A DNA stretch of 64,000 bases from NCBI RefSeq assembly GCF_006345805.1, contig NC_042998.1:92504001-92568000 (forward strand), in the 5' to 3' direction. Source of the stretch: Octopus sinensis (Eukaryota). The translations under genes were made by a program, and so were the position numbers. Within the stretch, counting starts at the first letter, position 1. Every line of letters begins with the position of its first letter. The notes below the pieces were generated by a model that saw only the letters and a program-made list of their open reading frames with translations, was not told where the DNA came from and searched no databases. Shown piece after piece: positions 25,960 through 37,172 of this stretch.

Positions 25960-26063
25960 TATCTTTTATCATTTGCTTGTTTCAGTCATTGGACTGCAGT
26001 CATGCTGGGGCAACACCTTAAAAGGTTTTAGTTGAATGAATCAACCCAAGTACCTGTGTGTGT

Positions 26064-26099
<36 letters not shown>

Positions 26100-26446
26100 T
26101 TCCCTACCTGTTGACAATGACAGCTACTACTGGTTTGATTATGTTCCTGTAACTTAGTGGTTTGGCAAAAGTTCTCTTTTACCAAACCACTAAGTTACAG
26201 GGACATGATTAAACCAGTAGTAGCTGCCATTGTCAACAGGTAGGGAAACATACACACACGCATTACAAATACACACACACATACATTTGATGAGCTTCTT
26301 TCAGTTTCCATCTACCAAATCCACCTATAAGGCTTTGGTCAACTCGAGGCTATAATAAAAGACACTTGTTCAAAGTGCTGTACAGTGAGACTGGACCCGG
26401 AACCATGAGGTTGAGAAACAAACTGCATAACATATACCCACGCCTG
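25960..26446 (-). mobile_element. Family A SINE containing an internal inverted duplication
   Basis: SINE tail 25960-26055, hairpin 26091-26256, head 26290-26446. Confidence 0.85.
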
Positions 26447-26999
26447 AACACTTTTTATAAGAAACAATTCAAAGATATATAGCATAAACATTGGAAGGGG
26501 ACCACAATGGCTATGGTATTCAAAAGTAGCATGACTACACTGAAATATATGGACCCTATGGACACGGAACAAAAAATAAATAATAAAAAATAAAAGATGA
26601 AAACCATGCAGGTCTCCTAGAGTTAGTTGGAGAGCTGTAAATGATTTACCATTTAGTAAAAGACTTATGGAAGCCAGTCAATCAATTCTTCAGTCAACTG
26701 TGAAATAGGGAAATCAGAGAGTTTAAAGAGAAGTTAATCTTTGGAAATTAGTGGTGAGAGGGGAAAATGAAAAGATTTGTGAAGTAGTGATGGAAAGATA
26801 ACACAATGAATGAGAATTAAACACTGAAGCTTTACTATGAGATTGCTTCAGTAGAATGTGGATAACACAAAAGTTAGCTTGATTGTGAGTGAGTAAAGAA
26901 ATTAAAAAATGAAATTAGGAAAGATGACAGAACATTCATGGATAGTATGAAATAGAGAAAGCAACTAAACAAATGGCTGCTTTATCATCTAATTATACT

Positions 27000-27330
27000 G
27001 ATTAAGCAGAAAATGTTTCTCAAAATTGAGTATTGGTAACTGTTGCAAATGAAAAAGGAATGAGGTTACAGAAGGCCGAAGCTAACATGTTAAGTGTGAA
27101 GATAGACATTTAAGAAAAGCTTGTGCAGATTAAAGATGAAAATAATACAAGTTGGGCTTCTTACAAAATCATGCAACACCAAATAACATGCTTCTAAAAT
27201 GACAAATGCATGAGATGTACTTTATGATAAACAACTCAAATTTCATAGGCATTAGGCCTAACTTTGAGGGATATTGTGCATTCTGTACTTTATTAATTCT
27301 GTACTTGAGAAAGCAGGTAGAAACATACTC
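27000..27330 (+). pseudogene. Highly decayed RTE-type reverse transcriptase fragment
   Basis: YRRPKL... and KLGFLQNHATPNNMLLK*QMHEMY resemble NYRGIKL...QFGFMPGRGTTDAIFILRQMQEKY; ttgagaaagca is LEKA-like. Confidence 0.45.
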
Positions 27331-27448
27331 AAGATTCATTACAAATGTCCATCAAATCTAATCATAGACCATGCATATTTGCCCTGATTTGCCATGTCAT
27401 TACAGAAGAGTTGTAATGTAGAAGACTCAAACTGACAACTGTTTAAAT

Positions 27449-27660
27449 TAGTGATTTTCAACCAGGGCTCATATGACATTTAGGGGCTCATATAAGATTT
27501 TATTGCTAAAATTTATCTGCAATAAATTGGTTATACTTCTACAATAGACAAAATATTTTGACAATTTTTTATACAATTCCTAATAATTTCTTAATTATAT
27601 AAATATAATAGAATTTTTTAAACATCAAATAGCTAAGGGGGTCCAGTTGAGTAAAATAGG
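27449..27660. mobile_element. hAT (Charlie-like) MITE fragment
   Basis: Begins tagtgattttcaacc (CAGTGGTTCTCAA-type TIR). The body is the reverse complement of 63267-63475. Confidence 0.6.
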
Positions 27661-27784
27661 TACAAGAAACTAAAGGAGCTAATTTGTTGAAAATAACATA
27701 AATATTCTTTTATTCAAACTTTTTTTTAATGCTTACTGAAAAGAGAGTAAGTCATATCATGGAGTATAAAATTGAAAATGGGTA

Positions 27785-27925
27785 GAAATTTGGTTGAAAT
27801 TAACTTTGCAACTATATGGTTTCAATTTCACTGTGCAGCATTTTGGGCAAGTGTCTTCTACTAGCCCCATGCTGACTAAGCTTTGCAAGTGAACTTGGAG
27901 ATAGAAACTGTGTGGAAGCTTGTCA

Positions 27926-27962
<37 letters not shown>

Positions 27963-28145
27963 ATATGTGTATGCTGCTTCATAACCATTGCTGGTTTTGT
28001 TCACAGCCCCATAATTTAGCAAAAGAGAATGATAAGAATAAGTACCAGACATATAAAATAAGTACTGAATTTGATATGTTCAACTAATCCCAGAAAGCAA
28101 TGCTCCAGCATGAGCACAATCCAATGACTGAGACAAGTAAGAAAG
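27785..28145 (+). mobile_element. Family A SINE, older copy
   Basis: ttgggcaagtgtcttcta...(TG)n...ccaatgactgagacaagtaag. Confidence 0.8.
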
Positions 28146-30211
28146 CAACTGTTTTACTTGTAAGAGACAAAGGAAGTGTTTTTACAAATAGAGGAATTCA
28201 TGATATGAATAACTATGTAATGGAGAAAGGAGTATGTTAGATTGCACATATGGAAATATTGGAATCAAATTGATATTGGATAATGAGAACCAATATAGGA
28301 ACTAAATTGCACAGTAGAGATGAGGATATGCAATCAAAGGTTGTGGACTGTACAGTCTAATTGAAGATCTGATTAATGCTATCATGGAGATAATGATTTC
28401 AATGATATATTCTTAATGCCTTCTTATAAGTAAAATCTGCATCCCTATCATTGTAACCGGCAGTTATCATGGAATTTAGCTTCAATACTAATTAAGTGAG
28501 TAATTATCTATCATAGGATTTATTATTATTGCAAGTGGCAGGTGCTGTAGTAAGGCAATTGTTTCATTAATGTTGCTAGAGCATTTGTGAAAGATGTAAA
28601 TGCCACAATTTATCACCTCCTAAGAAACTTGAGGTTCCTTATGTCAGCAACAAATTTTTAATGCAGTAGGTTGCAGTGCTGACCTTTCCATTACAAGTGA
28701 AGTACAGATTTACATTTAGCTTACAAAGAACATCATTATACTGATACTCTTTCATAGCTTACAAAAATCTCAGTTTCTTGTGTATTCAAAAATACTGACT
28801 ATAAATAAATAAATGCACTTTATTCATTGATTTGTGAGTCACAAGTTAGTTGAATAAACACTGTAAACCATTGTTACCAATATTATGAATTTCAAATTCA
28901 ACAAATATCAATGATATAAACACTGATGTGCACTGTAACAACTAGTTCCTTTGATAGAGTGTTAGACTCCAGAGCCTAACAGCAGCACTGCATTATATCT
29001 ATGGCTAACACAACTATTGTTGGTTCAAATCTTCATTGTTATTATCACCAGCATTTTGTGTCTACTTTCCATGTTGGCATGAGTTAGATCAGTTGTCACA
29101 GTTTGAATCCTTTGTTATTGGAAGCTAACAATCTCAGACTGATGTTCACACATGCCATTTTGGCTTTCATTTATCTGTAATTAGGTGGCAGCAAGATTTA
29201 GTACAGCACATCACTATAAAGAATAGGAACAATGGATAATTAACTAGTGTTTCATTACTTTAATTTCTCAAATCAAGTTCTTTGTGTGTGGTGAGGGAAA
29301 AATGAGAAACTGTTTCATTATTAAGTCAAATCGGTAAACCTTACCATGGGATCTGGACTTGTCTTGTGAATTTGGATGTATGAGATGGCTTGTATGTAAC
29401 AGTCCATTCTATATTTAACTCTTTGGGTACATATAGCTAACACTCAATTATGGAAGCTCTTATGATAATAATAATATCAATATGTATTTACAGTTGTTTT
29501 AGTGTTTTAAAACATGATTTAGACATTTATCAGCTATGATATTCTTTTAATCATTGACATAGATATAATCTTTAGGAGATGATAGAATACAAACTCAGTT
29601 AATCAATAATTAAAAATCAGCTAAAGCTAGTTCTACTTAGAACATTGGTTTGGATATTAAAATTATTTTCTTCCAATCTCTAAAAAATAAGAGGAATAAA
29701 ACAACATAAAATTGAGAAGCGAAATCTCTCAATAACACAATCTGGAGCTCTTAAAGATTAAAATATCCCTTAAAATATTTTCACTAAATAATGAATAAAT
29801 TAATTTATTAATCATTAGATTTAGTTTACAGTTAAAATTCAAATTACTGTGACGTGTAAATTATAATTCCTCTTAAATCAAATCTAAATTAACTAGTTTT
29901 TTTTAATATTTGTAATAACCAATAATTATGCATTGGTTTTTCCCCTAATGAAGGAAACTATTACAAGGGAGATGTCTGTTTCTTCATAATATGAGGAGGG
30001 ATTAGAAACTTGAATTTGAAATTAAGGAATAAGGAAGAAGATGCATAGAATTCACAAGTTTAATTTCCATTTTGTTTACTTATTACATAATTCTTGCTAA
30101 AATCTGAGGAAACCAGAATCAAATCAGCCATGAATCATCTCTCTTGGTATTATAAACATGGAACTGCTTCCATACTAGATGATTTTTATTTGTAACATAT
30201 TAATGCACTAG

Positions 30212-31290
30212 CATCATCATCATCATCATTTAACGTCCGCTTTCCATGCTGGCATGGTTTGGACGATCTGACTGAGGACTAGCAAACCAGATGGCTGTAC
30301 CAGGCTCCAATCTAATCTGGCAGAGTTTCTACGGCTGGATGCTCTTCCTAACGCCAACCACTCCAAGAGTGTAGTGAGTGCTTTTACGTGCCACTGGCAT
30401 GAGGGCCAATCAGGCGGTACTGGCAACAGTCATGCTCAAATGGTGTTTTTTACATGCCACCTGCAAAGGAACCAGTCCAGCGGCACTGGCAATGACCTTG
30501 TTCAAATGTTTTTTCACATGCCAGTAAGGCAACGCTGGTAACAATCACACTTGAATGGTGCTTTTTACATGTCACCAATATGAAAGCCAGTCAGCTGCTC
30601 TGGAAACGATCATGCTCGGATGATGCTCTTAGCACTCCACTAGCACAGATGCTAGTCATCGAATTTGATTTTGATTTCACTTGCCTCAACAGGTCTTCGC
30701 AAGCAGAGTTTAGTGTTCAATGAAGGAAAGGTATGCATAAGTGGGCTGGTTACACCCCTGGCATAGGCCACAGGTTATGGCCTCACTTGGCTTGCAGGGT
30801 TTTCTCACGCACAGCATATTTCCAAAGGTCTCGGTCACTAGTCGTTGCCTCAGTGAAGCCTAATGTTTGAAGGTCGTGCTTCACCACCTCATCCCAGGTC
30901 TTCCTGGGTCTACCTCTTCCACAGGTTCCCTCAACTGCTAGGGTGTGGCACTTTTTTACACAGCTATCCTCATCCATTCTCGCCACATGACCATACCAGC
31001 GCAGTCATCTCTCTTGCATGCCACATCTGATGCTTCTCAGGTCTAACTGTTCTCTCAAGGTACTTACACTCTGTCGAGTATGCACACTGACATTACACAT
31101 CCAGTGGAGCATACTGGCTTCATTCCTTGCTAGCTTACGCATGTCCTCAGCTGTCACGGCCCATGTTTTACTGCCATGTAGCATGGCTGTTCGTACACAT
31201 GCGTCATACAGTCTACCTTTTACTCTGAGTGAGAGGCCCTTTGTCACCAGCAGAGGTAGGAGCTCTCTGAACTTTGCCCAGGCTATTCTT
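30212..31290 (-). mobile_element. 5'-truncated RTE-clade LINE (ORF C-terminus, 3' UTR, (ATG)n tail)
   Basis: ORF pieces KGLSLRVKGRLYDACVRTAMLHGS-TWA and RMDEDSCVKKC...GRGRPRKTWDEVV are diagnostic of RTE. The 3' UTR has decayed ~60-bp repeats and a (CAT)n end on the + strand. Confidence 0.95.
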
Positions 31291-31354
31291 AGTTAAATTA
31301 GTGTTAACATGGCATTAGTTTTCTTCATTTAATAATTATTTCCAGTTTGAAAGA

Positions 31355-31565
31355 AGCAAGCTGGTAGAGTTGTTAGCACAAAGCAAAATGCCTAGGAGCA
31401 TTTTGCCTACCTTTACGTTCTGAATTCAAATTCCACTGACCTCAACTCTGGCTTTCATCCTTTTGGGGTCGATAGAATAAATACCAGTTGAGCACTGAGG
31501 TCAATGTAATCGACTTATCCCCTCCCTGAAAATTGCTGGCCTAGTGCCAAAATTCGAAAGCAATA
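31355..31565 (+). mobile_element. Family B SINE
   Basis: ggctttcatccttttggggtcgatagaataaataccagttgagcact. Confidence 0.8.
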
Positions 31566-31917
31566 ATTACATCTAGTTCATGTATTTAATTCTTTTACAT
31601 GAAATATGTTATTTTTCAATAGTCTTACATCTATGAGTTATTTTTGAGAGATGTACTTGTCTGGCAAGTGATTTGATGAGAGACCATGAACTGAAACTAA
31701 AAACAATTACAGCATAGAAGACACATTAGTCATTCAAAACCACACAAAAACCTATTAAATTCACTTAAACTTACTTGGTTCAGCTGCAACTCAGGGGAAC
31801 CATGTCAGTTACAAAGTCCCAACTGGTGCAACATAAATTTTGACACCAAATAATAAATTTCTTTAGTTTTAAGTTTTTAAACGGATAATATGAGTTATTT
31901 ATTCTCCATATAATACA

Positions 31918-32200
31918 TGAAGGTGTATGGCTCAGTGGTTAGAGTGTTGTGCTCACAATCATAAGATAGTGAGTTCAATTCCCAGACCAGGCTGTGTGAT
32001 GTGCTCTTGAGCAAGACACTATTTTACGTTGTTCCAGTTCACTCAGCTCTAGAAATGAGCTGCGACGTCAGTGGTGCCAAGCTGTATCAGCCTTTCCCTT
32101 GGATAACATCAGTGGCATGGAGAGATGAGGCATGGTCTTCCACAAACAAACTTGCCTGGACTTGTGCCTTAGAGGGTAACTTTCTAGGTGCAGTCTCATG
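31918..32200 (+). mobile_element. tRNA-headed SINE (family D)
   Basis: A box tggctcagtgg, B box gagttcaattcc, body cttgagcaagacac...gttccagttcactcagct. Confidence 0.8.
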
Positions 32201-32374
32201 GACATTTTTTTTTTCTTTTAGCTAACCTCACCCACAGCAAAACCTTACTTTTCTTTTGGAAATGTTTGTTTATTTTATTTGTATACTTTTTCATTTTCTC
32301 TTCTTTCCCTCACATTTAAGAAACTCTGATTTTGGATTTCCACATTTATATAAGTTATAAAGTATGATCACTAA

Positions 32375-32767
32375 TCTCTATATATATAAAGCTGAAGTTG
32401 TCTGTGTGTGGCAGGTTTGGTAGCCTTCAACTAACTCGATCTCCTTCGAGACCCTGCGGCGCAAGTTGACCAAAATTGAGAGTATGATAGAAGAAGGCTT
32501 GCTCTTCCTTCCGTAGAAAAAAAAATTCAAATTGGACCATGTTAACACCAAAAATTATTTACGTCAAAAAGGCGCTTTTTTTCTATGAAAATCCCTATTT
32601 TTTACGATTTTTTTTACTGCTGTGTCGCCATTTTTCGGTGTATTTCAACCAGAAAAATGTTCGCTTACAGAGAATAACAAGCTACATAATGCCAAATTTT
32701 CACTTTTCAAAAATTCCAATTCTAAAGGGTCGAAATAAACCCGAGCAACGTCGGGCGATACTGCTAG
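32375..32767 (+). mobile_element. Non-autonomous Helitron
   Basis: 5' TC after host A; 3' hairpin cccga-gcaacg-tcggg (32740-32755) followed by CTAG and host T; no TSD. CpG-retaining, so probably young. Confidence 0.88.
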
Positions 32768-32989
32768 TTTTAAGAAAAAGCTCATAATTTTGCTCTTACT
32801 TTGGTAAATTAAAAAAATTTTGAAACCTGTATCACTAAATTTGTATTAGAAAAGTATTCTTTTAAAGGAATAATATACACCCCTCACTACCACTGCATCG
32901 ATTTCTTATCTACCACTATCATTGTGTGTATCTTTTATTTTCTACTACCAAATACACAGTATAGTATAGAATAGTACATTACCCTTATG

Positions 32990-33370
32990 ATGACTGGAAA
33001 GAGGCCATCAAGTGAAAATAAAGGCAGTAATATAAAAAGAACTTGTAAATGGATCATGTTGGATCTTCAGCTTGATGTTTTACAAAAGTTTGATACAAGA
33101 GAACTCAGTCATATTACAAAACAAAACAAAAATCTCATTAAAGCTTGTATTGTCTACAGTGGAAACAAGATATGGCAATAAAGATAAAATTAGGTCAAGT
33201 GCTCAAGCAGCTGCTCTATTAACTAATCTAACATTGTTTTGTGTGTTTCTTCATAGCTCTGATGAACCGCATAATAAAGAACTGAGTGTGTAGATCAAAG
33301 ATGAGAAAGGACGTAATGTGCAGATAAGCATATTAGTGATTAAAGTGAAGGCTAAAAATGTATTCGTATT
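32990..33370 (+). pseudogene. Tigger/pogo transposase N-terminal (CENP-B-type HTH) fragment
   Basis: MTGKRPSSENKGSNIKRTCKWIMLDLQLDVLQKFD...STVET...NKDKIRSSAQ...ELSV*IKD...ISILVIKVKAKNVF, with frameshifts. Confidence 0.7.
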
Positions 33371-33456
33371 TTTCCCTAAGAGCATATTTTTTCTCATGAT
33401 TTTATATATTCTCTATGTATTGAAAAATGAATTTTTTTTTTTGCATAAAAGCAATT

Positions 33457-33830
33457 TTACTTCTTTTATCTTTTACTTGTTTCAGGCATTGGATTGCAGA
33501 CATGCTGGAGCACCATCTTGAAGGGTTCAATTGAACAAATCCCCTCCAGTGCTTACTTTTAAGTTAGGTACTCATTCTATTAACCTTTTGCTAAAACTGC
33601 TAAGTTATGGGGATATGAACAAACCAATACTGGTTGCCGAGTGGTGGTGGAGGACAAACACTCAACAGACTTTCACACAGTTTCCATCTACTAAATTCAT
33701 GCATAAGAGTTTGCTGGTCCAAGACCATAGTACAAGACACTTCATTCTCAGTACTATGCAGTGGAACTGAACCCAAAGTGACATGGTTGCAAGGCAATAT
33801 TCTTAACCACAGAACCAGGCTTGCACCTGT
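33457..33830 (-). mobile_element. Family A SINE
   Basis: Reverse-strand copy. Confidence 0.8.
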
Positions 33831-33885
33831 AACTCAACTTCCATTTTTTACCTTTTTTGGGAAAAAATTTCACAGAAGCATATTT

Positions 33886-34046
33886 AGGTGCAGGAGAGGC
33901 TGTGTGGTAAGAAGCTTGCTTCCCAACCACATGATTCCAAATTCAGTCTTACTGCATGGCACCTTGGGCAAATATCTTCTACTATAGCCTCAGGCCAACC
34001 AAAGCCTTATGAATGGATTTCGTAGACAGAAACTCAAAGAAGCCAG

Positions 34047-34097
<51 letters not shown>

Positions 34098-34258
34098 TTT
34101 GTGTCTATGTTTGTCCCGCAACCACCACCATCACTTGCCAGACCGATAGAATAATTACTAGGCTTACAAAGAATAAGCCCTGGGGTTGATTTGTTCAACT
34201 AAAGGCGATACTCCAACATGGCTGCAGTCAAATGACAAACAAATAAAAAAAAGAATAA
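33886..34258 (+). mobile_element. Family A SINE
   Basis: Forward copy, head-to-head with 33457-33830. Confidence 0.85.
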
Positions 34259-34294
34259 ATTAATATTATGGAAATCAATGGGAAAATAGACTTG

Positions 34295-34510
34295 TTAACC
34301 CTTTAGCATTTGAATTATTCTGTCAAATGTAATATTTATTTACATTGTTCTGAATTAATCATACATTATCTCATAGCTTCAAGATTCTGGTGATGTGATT
34401 GTTTATTTTTACAATGACATTACAGGATAGGTGCAAGGAGCCAGATCTATCCAGTTTGAACATAAAGCAGATAGAATGTTTTGACTGGATATTGTTGGCT
34501 TGAATGCTTT
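34295..34510. mobile_element. piggyBac-type MITE (same family as 12429-12905)
   Basis: TTAAccctttagcatt terminus. The body is reverse-complementary to the 12.4-12.9 kb copy. Confidence 0.75.
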
Positions 34511-35082
34511 TTAGCAATTAAACCCTTCCACAAAGTAAAAGCTTAATGTACTTGCTTTGTTGTAGTGCTAATTCTCCCTTTTCTTTCTATCTTCTTTCAT
34601 TTTCACTTTGCCCTGCTAATAGTTTCCACTTACCCACCTTGAGAGCCAGGGTTTTTCTATTCACCATTATTCATAGGCATTTTCTCTTCTTTGTTTTGCT
34701 CTCTCCCATCATTATTTATCTTCCTTGCTCCCTCTTTTGCTTTCCTCTGATCCAGATGTTAATTACCCTCCCCTACCAACTATTCTCTTATTTATAGATT
34801 TGTCACTGGTTCTTATTTTCTAATGAAGAGGTGCCCTACATGAAAGGCATTTCCTTTCTTTCCTGCCCATCATACTCAAGGAACTTTTGCTTTTTGCTTC
34901 AAGACTTTTATTTTCCTATACTTAAAGGCAACTATTCTAAAATCCAATTCAATTATTGATTCTTTTATGCTTTCTGTTTTCTTCTTGCTTCTATTTAAAG
35001 TTGTTAAGGACAACAAAAACCAAGGCAGGATGAGCATCTCAGGTCATTTAGAATAATTTAATTAGGCTAAGCTGAATTTGAA

Positions 35083-35156
35083 GTTTTACAGCTGTTTCTG
35101 GGATAACCTAAGTGGTTGATTAGCATATCCGTGCAGTGGGTATTGTCATCAAAGAG
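35083..35156 (-). ncRNA. Degenerate hammerhead-like motif with GAAACAGCUGUA stem III
   Basis: Minus strand: TTGATGA (35146-35152), a long stem-II region, then GAAA-cagctg-TA (35087-35098) with palindromic stem III. Stem I is poor. Confidence 0.4.
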
Positions 35157-35562
35157 AAGGTGGGTATGTATGAGAGTTCTAGACAGGGAAATTCACAGAT
35201 TATAAAGAATAAAATTGAAGATTAAATAGTAAAAGTAGATAGAAGAATACAGACAGGAGAATAAAGTTCACAGTTCATCTATTTCACAGAGGGCGTGGAG
35301 GTTTGTCTGTACTCCTGTGAAGGTAAAGGCCCTTAGGTATAATTCCAGGCAGTATTTTGTATGATGCATTCACGTTAAAGTAATGGATTAAGTCATACAT
35401 GCATACTTACTATATATTTATATATATATATATATATATACATACATATATACACACACACACATATATATATATATATACACATACATATAAATATACG
35501 CACATATACATACATACTATATACATACATACTATATATATAAGTTAGATAAGGCCAATTTA

Positions 35563-35625
35563 TGGGATTACCCTGGGTTTCACATCCATAAAGCGCTTAG
35601 CTTTATGGTATATCATCAGATCCCA
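35563..35625 (-). ncRNA. Type I minimal hammerhead ribozyme
   Basis: tgggat-CTGATGA-tata ccataaagc taagc gctttatgg atgt-GAAA-cccaggg-TA-atccca. Core intact, 6-bp stem I, long stem II, near-palindromic stem III, GUA cleavage triplet. Confidence 0.85.
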
Positions 35626-36887
35626 AACCTGTTGGCTTATGGCATCTCTAGCAAGTGGCCTCTCTAGAAAATGGAGGAGGAAAGGACACCACAACTCAAT
35701 GTCAACAACAAGGGATTATCTCCCTTTGGCTATTGATTGTAAGTGACCCTGTTATCTTGTGGGTGCCAATAGGCCAGCAGTAATTTCCTGAAATTCAAGC
35801 ACAGTCCAAAGATCTTCGTTCTGGAGTTAAGGATGTTTCCCGGGTTGAGGGAGTCCTTTAGTATCCTCACCTGTTCCACTATGCACAGTTTACAATGCTT
35901 GGTCCCGTTTATGTAGGGGCCAGGATTTTCTAGGATTCCCTTTTATATTGTGTGTGGAATCCTGTCATCTTTCAGCTGCCATACATGACTGGCTAATGAT
36001 GTAATGTATCTCCTTTCTGGTATCCTGAAGAAGGTTCTGTGGTTGGAGAGGCTTTGCTTGAATGTGTTACTGGAGCAACTGATATATCTCCATGCTCGGG
36101 TACTGACGATGCTGCATCTGTTGGCATTACTGCTACTGCCGTTGTTGGTACTGATGTTGTTGGTGTCATTGGTGGTGGCAATGGTGTTGGTGCCGTTACA
36201 AATGGTGTTGGTAATGGTGCTGCTGTTGTTATGGTCATCATCGTTGATGGATGCATTGTCACAGATATCACTGCGATGGCTCTGCTACTATTTCCGTTAG
36301 GGATACTGCCGTTGTTATTGTTGCTATAACTGTTGATGTTGCTATAACTGGCAATGGTGTTGCCTCTGATTCTGTTCATGTCTCTGCGGCTGCTACTACT
36401 GGTACTGTCAACCCTGCTACTGTAGTAGCTGTTGGGGAAGCTGCTGCTGCTGTTAGGGTTAGCAAGTACCTCAAATTCATAGACAGCTCCCTTGGCTTCA
36501 CAGTGGCCTTTCACTGGGCATTTGTTGTGGTCCTTGCATGAGCATCCTACCTCTGCTTGTAGTCTAGGGGTGCTAACTAGAATGCTCTTAATATTGGAGG
36601 TACAGCTAAAAGACACCCTTACATAAATGGGACCATATGTTGTAAAATGTGCATCATGGAACAGGCAAGGATACTAAAGGTTTCTCTTGATCCAGGGAAC
36701 ATCCTCAACTCCAGAACAGAAGTCTTTGGACTGTGCTTGCATTTCAGGAAATTCCTGCTGGCAGGGTCACCTATGATCGATAGCCAAAATGAGAAAATCT
36801 CCTGTTGTTGACAGTGAGTAGCAAGGTCCTTTCCTCCTCCATTTTCTAGAGAGGTCGCTTGCTAGAGAGGCCATAAGCCAACAGGTT

Positions 36888-36950
36888 TGGGATCTGATGA
36901 TATGCCGTAAAGCTAAATGCTTTATGGACGTGAAACCCAGGGTAATCCCA
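36888..36950 (+). ncRNA. Type I minimal hammerhead ribozyme
   Basis: tgggat-CTGATGA(36894-36900)-tatg ccgtaaagc taaat gctttatgg acgt-GAAA(36932-36935)-cccaggg-TA-atccca. Confidence 0.85.
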
Positions 36951-37057
36951 TAAACTGGCCTTATCTAACTTTATTTATATAATATACTGCTCTTTAACTT
37001 AGAGTGTGCTTCTTTTTTGGCTTTACATTTTACCAACAATATATATATATATATATA

Positions 37058-37110
37058 TACTCTTTTACTTGTTTCAGTCATGTGACTGTGGCCATGCTGG
37101 AGCACCGCCT
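37058..37110 (-). mobile_element. Family A SINE tail only, within (TA)n
   Basis: tactcttttacttgtttcagtcatgtgactgtggccatgctggagcaccgcctt. Confidence 0.85.
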
Positions 37111-37133
37111 TATATATATATATATATATATAT

Positions 37134-37134
<1 letters not shown>

Positions 37135-37172
<38 letters not shown>

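Larger units (their letters stand above)
35542..36971 (-). mobile_element. 5'-truncated Penelope-like element with inverted 3' copy (GIY-YIG region plus pseudo-LTR)
   Basis: Minus-strand translation: VSFSCTSNI...CSCKDHNKCPVKGHCEAKGAVYEFEV...RYISCSSNTFKQSLSNH...TSLASHVWQLK...PYINGTKHCKLCIVEQ...ILNSRTKIFGLC. Arms 35542-35918 and 36617-36971 are inverted copies. Flanked by TA-rich microsatellite. Confidence 0.92.

Noticed and set aside
28213-28360. SRCR-like peptide LCNGERSMLDC
   Set aside because: Short match followed by stops and no splice sites; likely chance.
36004-36541. Hydrophobic or Gly/Val-rich + strand ORFs
   Set aside because: These are antisense readings of the low-complexity insert in the minus-strand PLE endonuclease.
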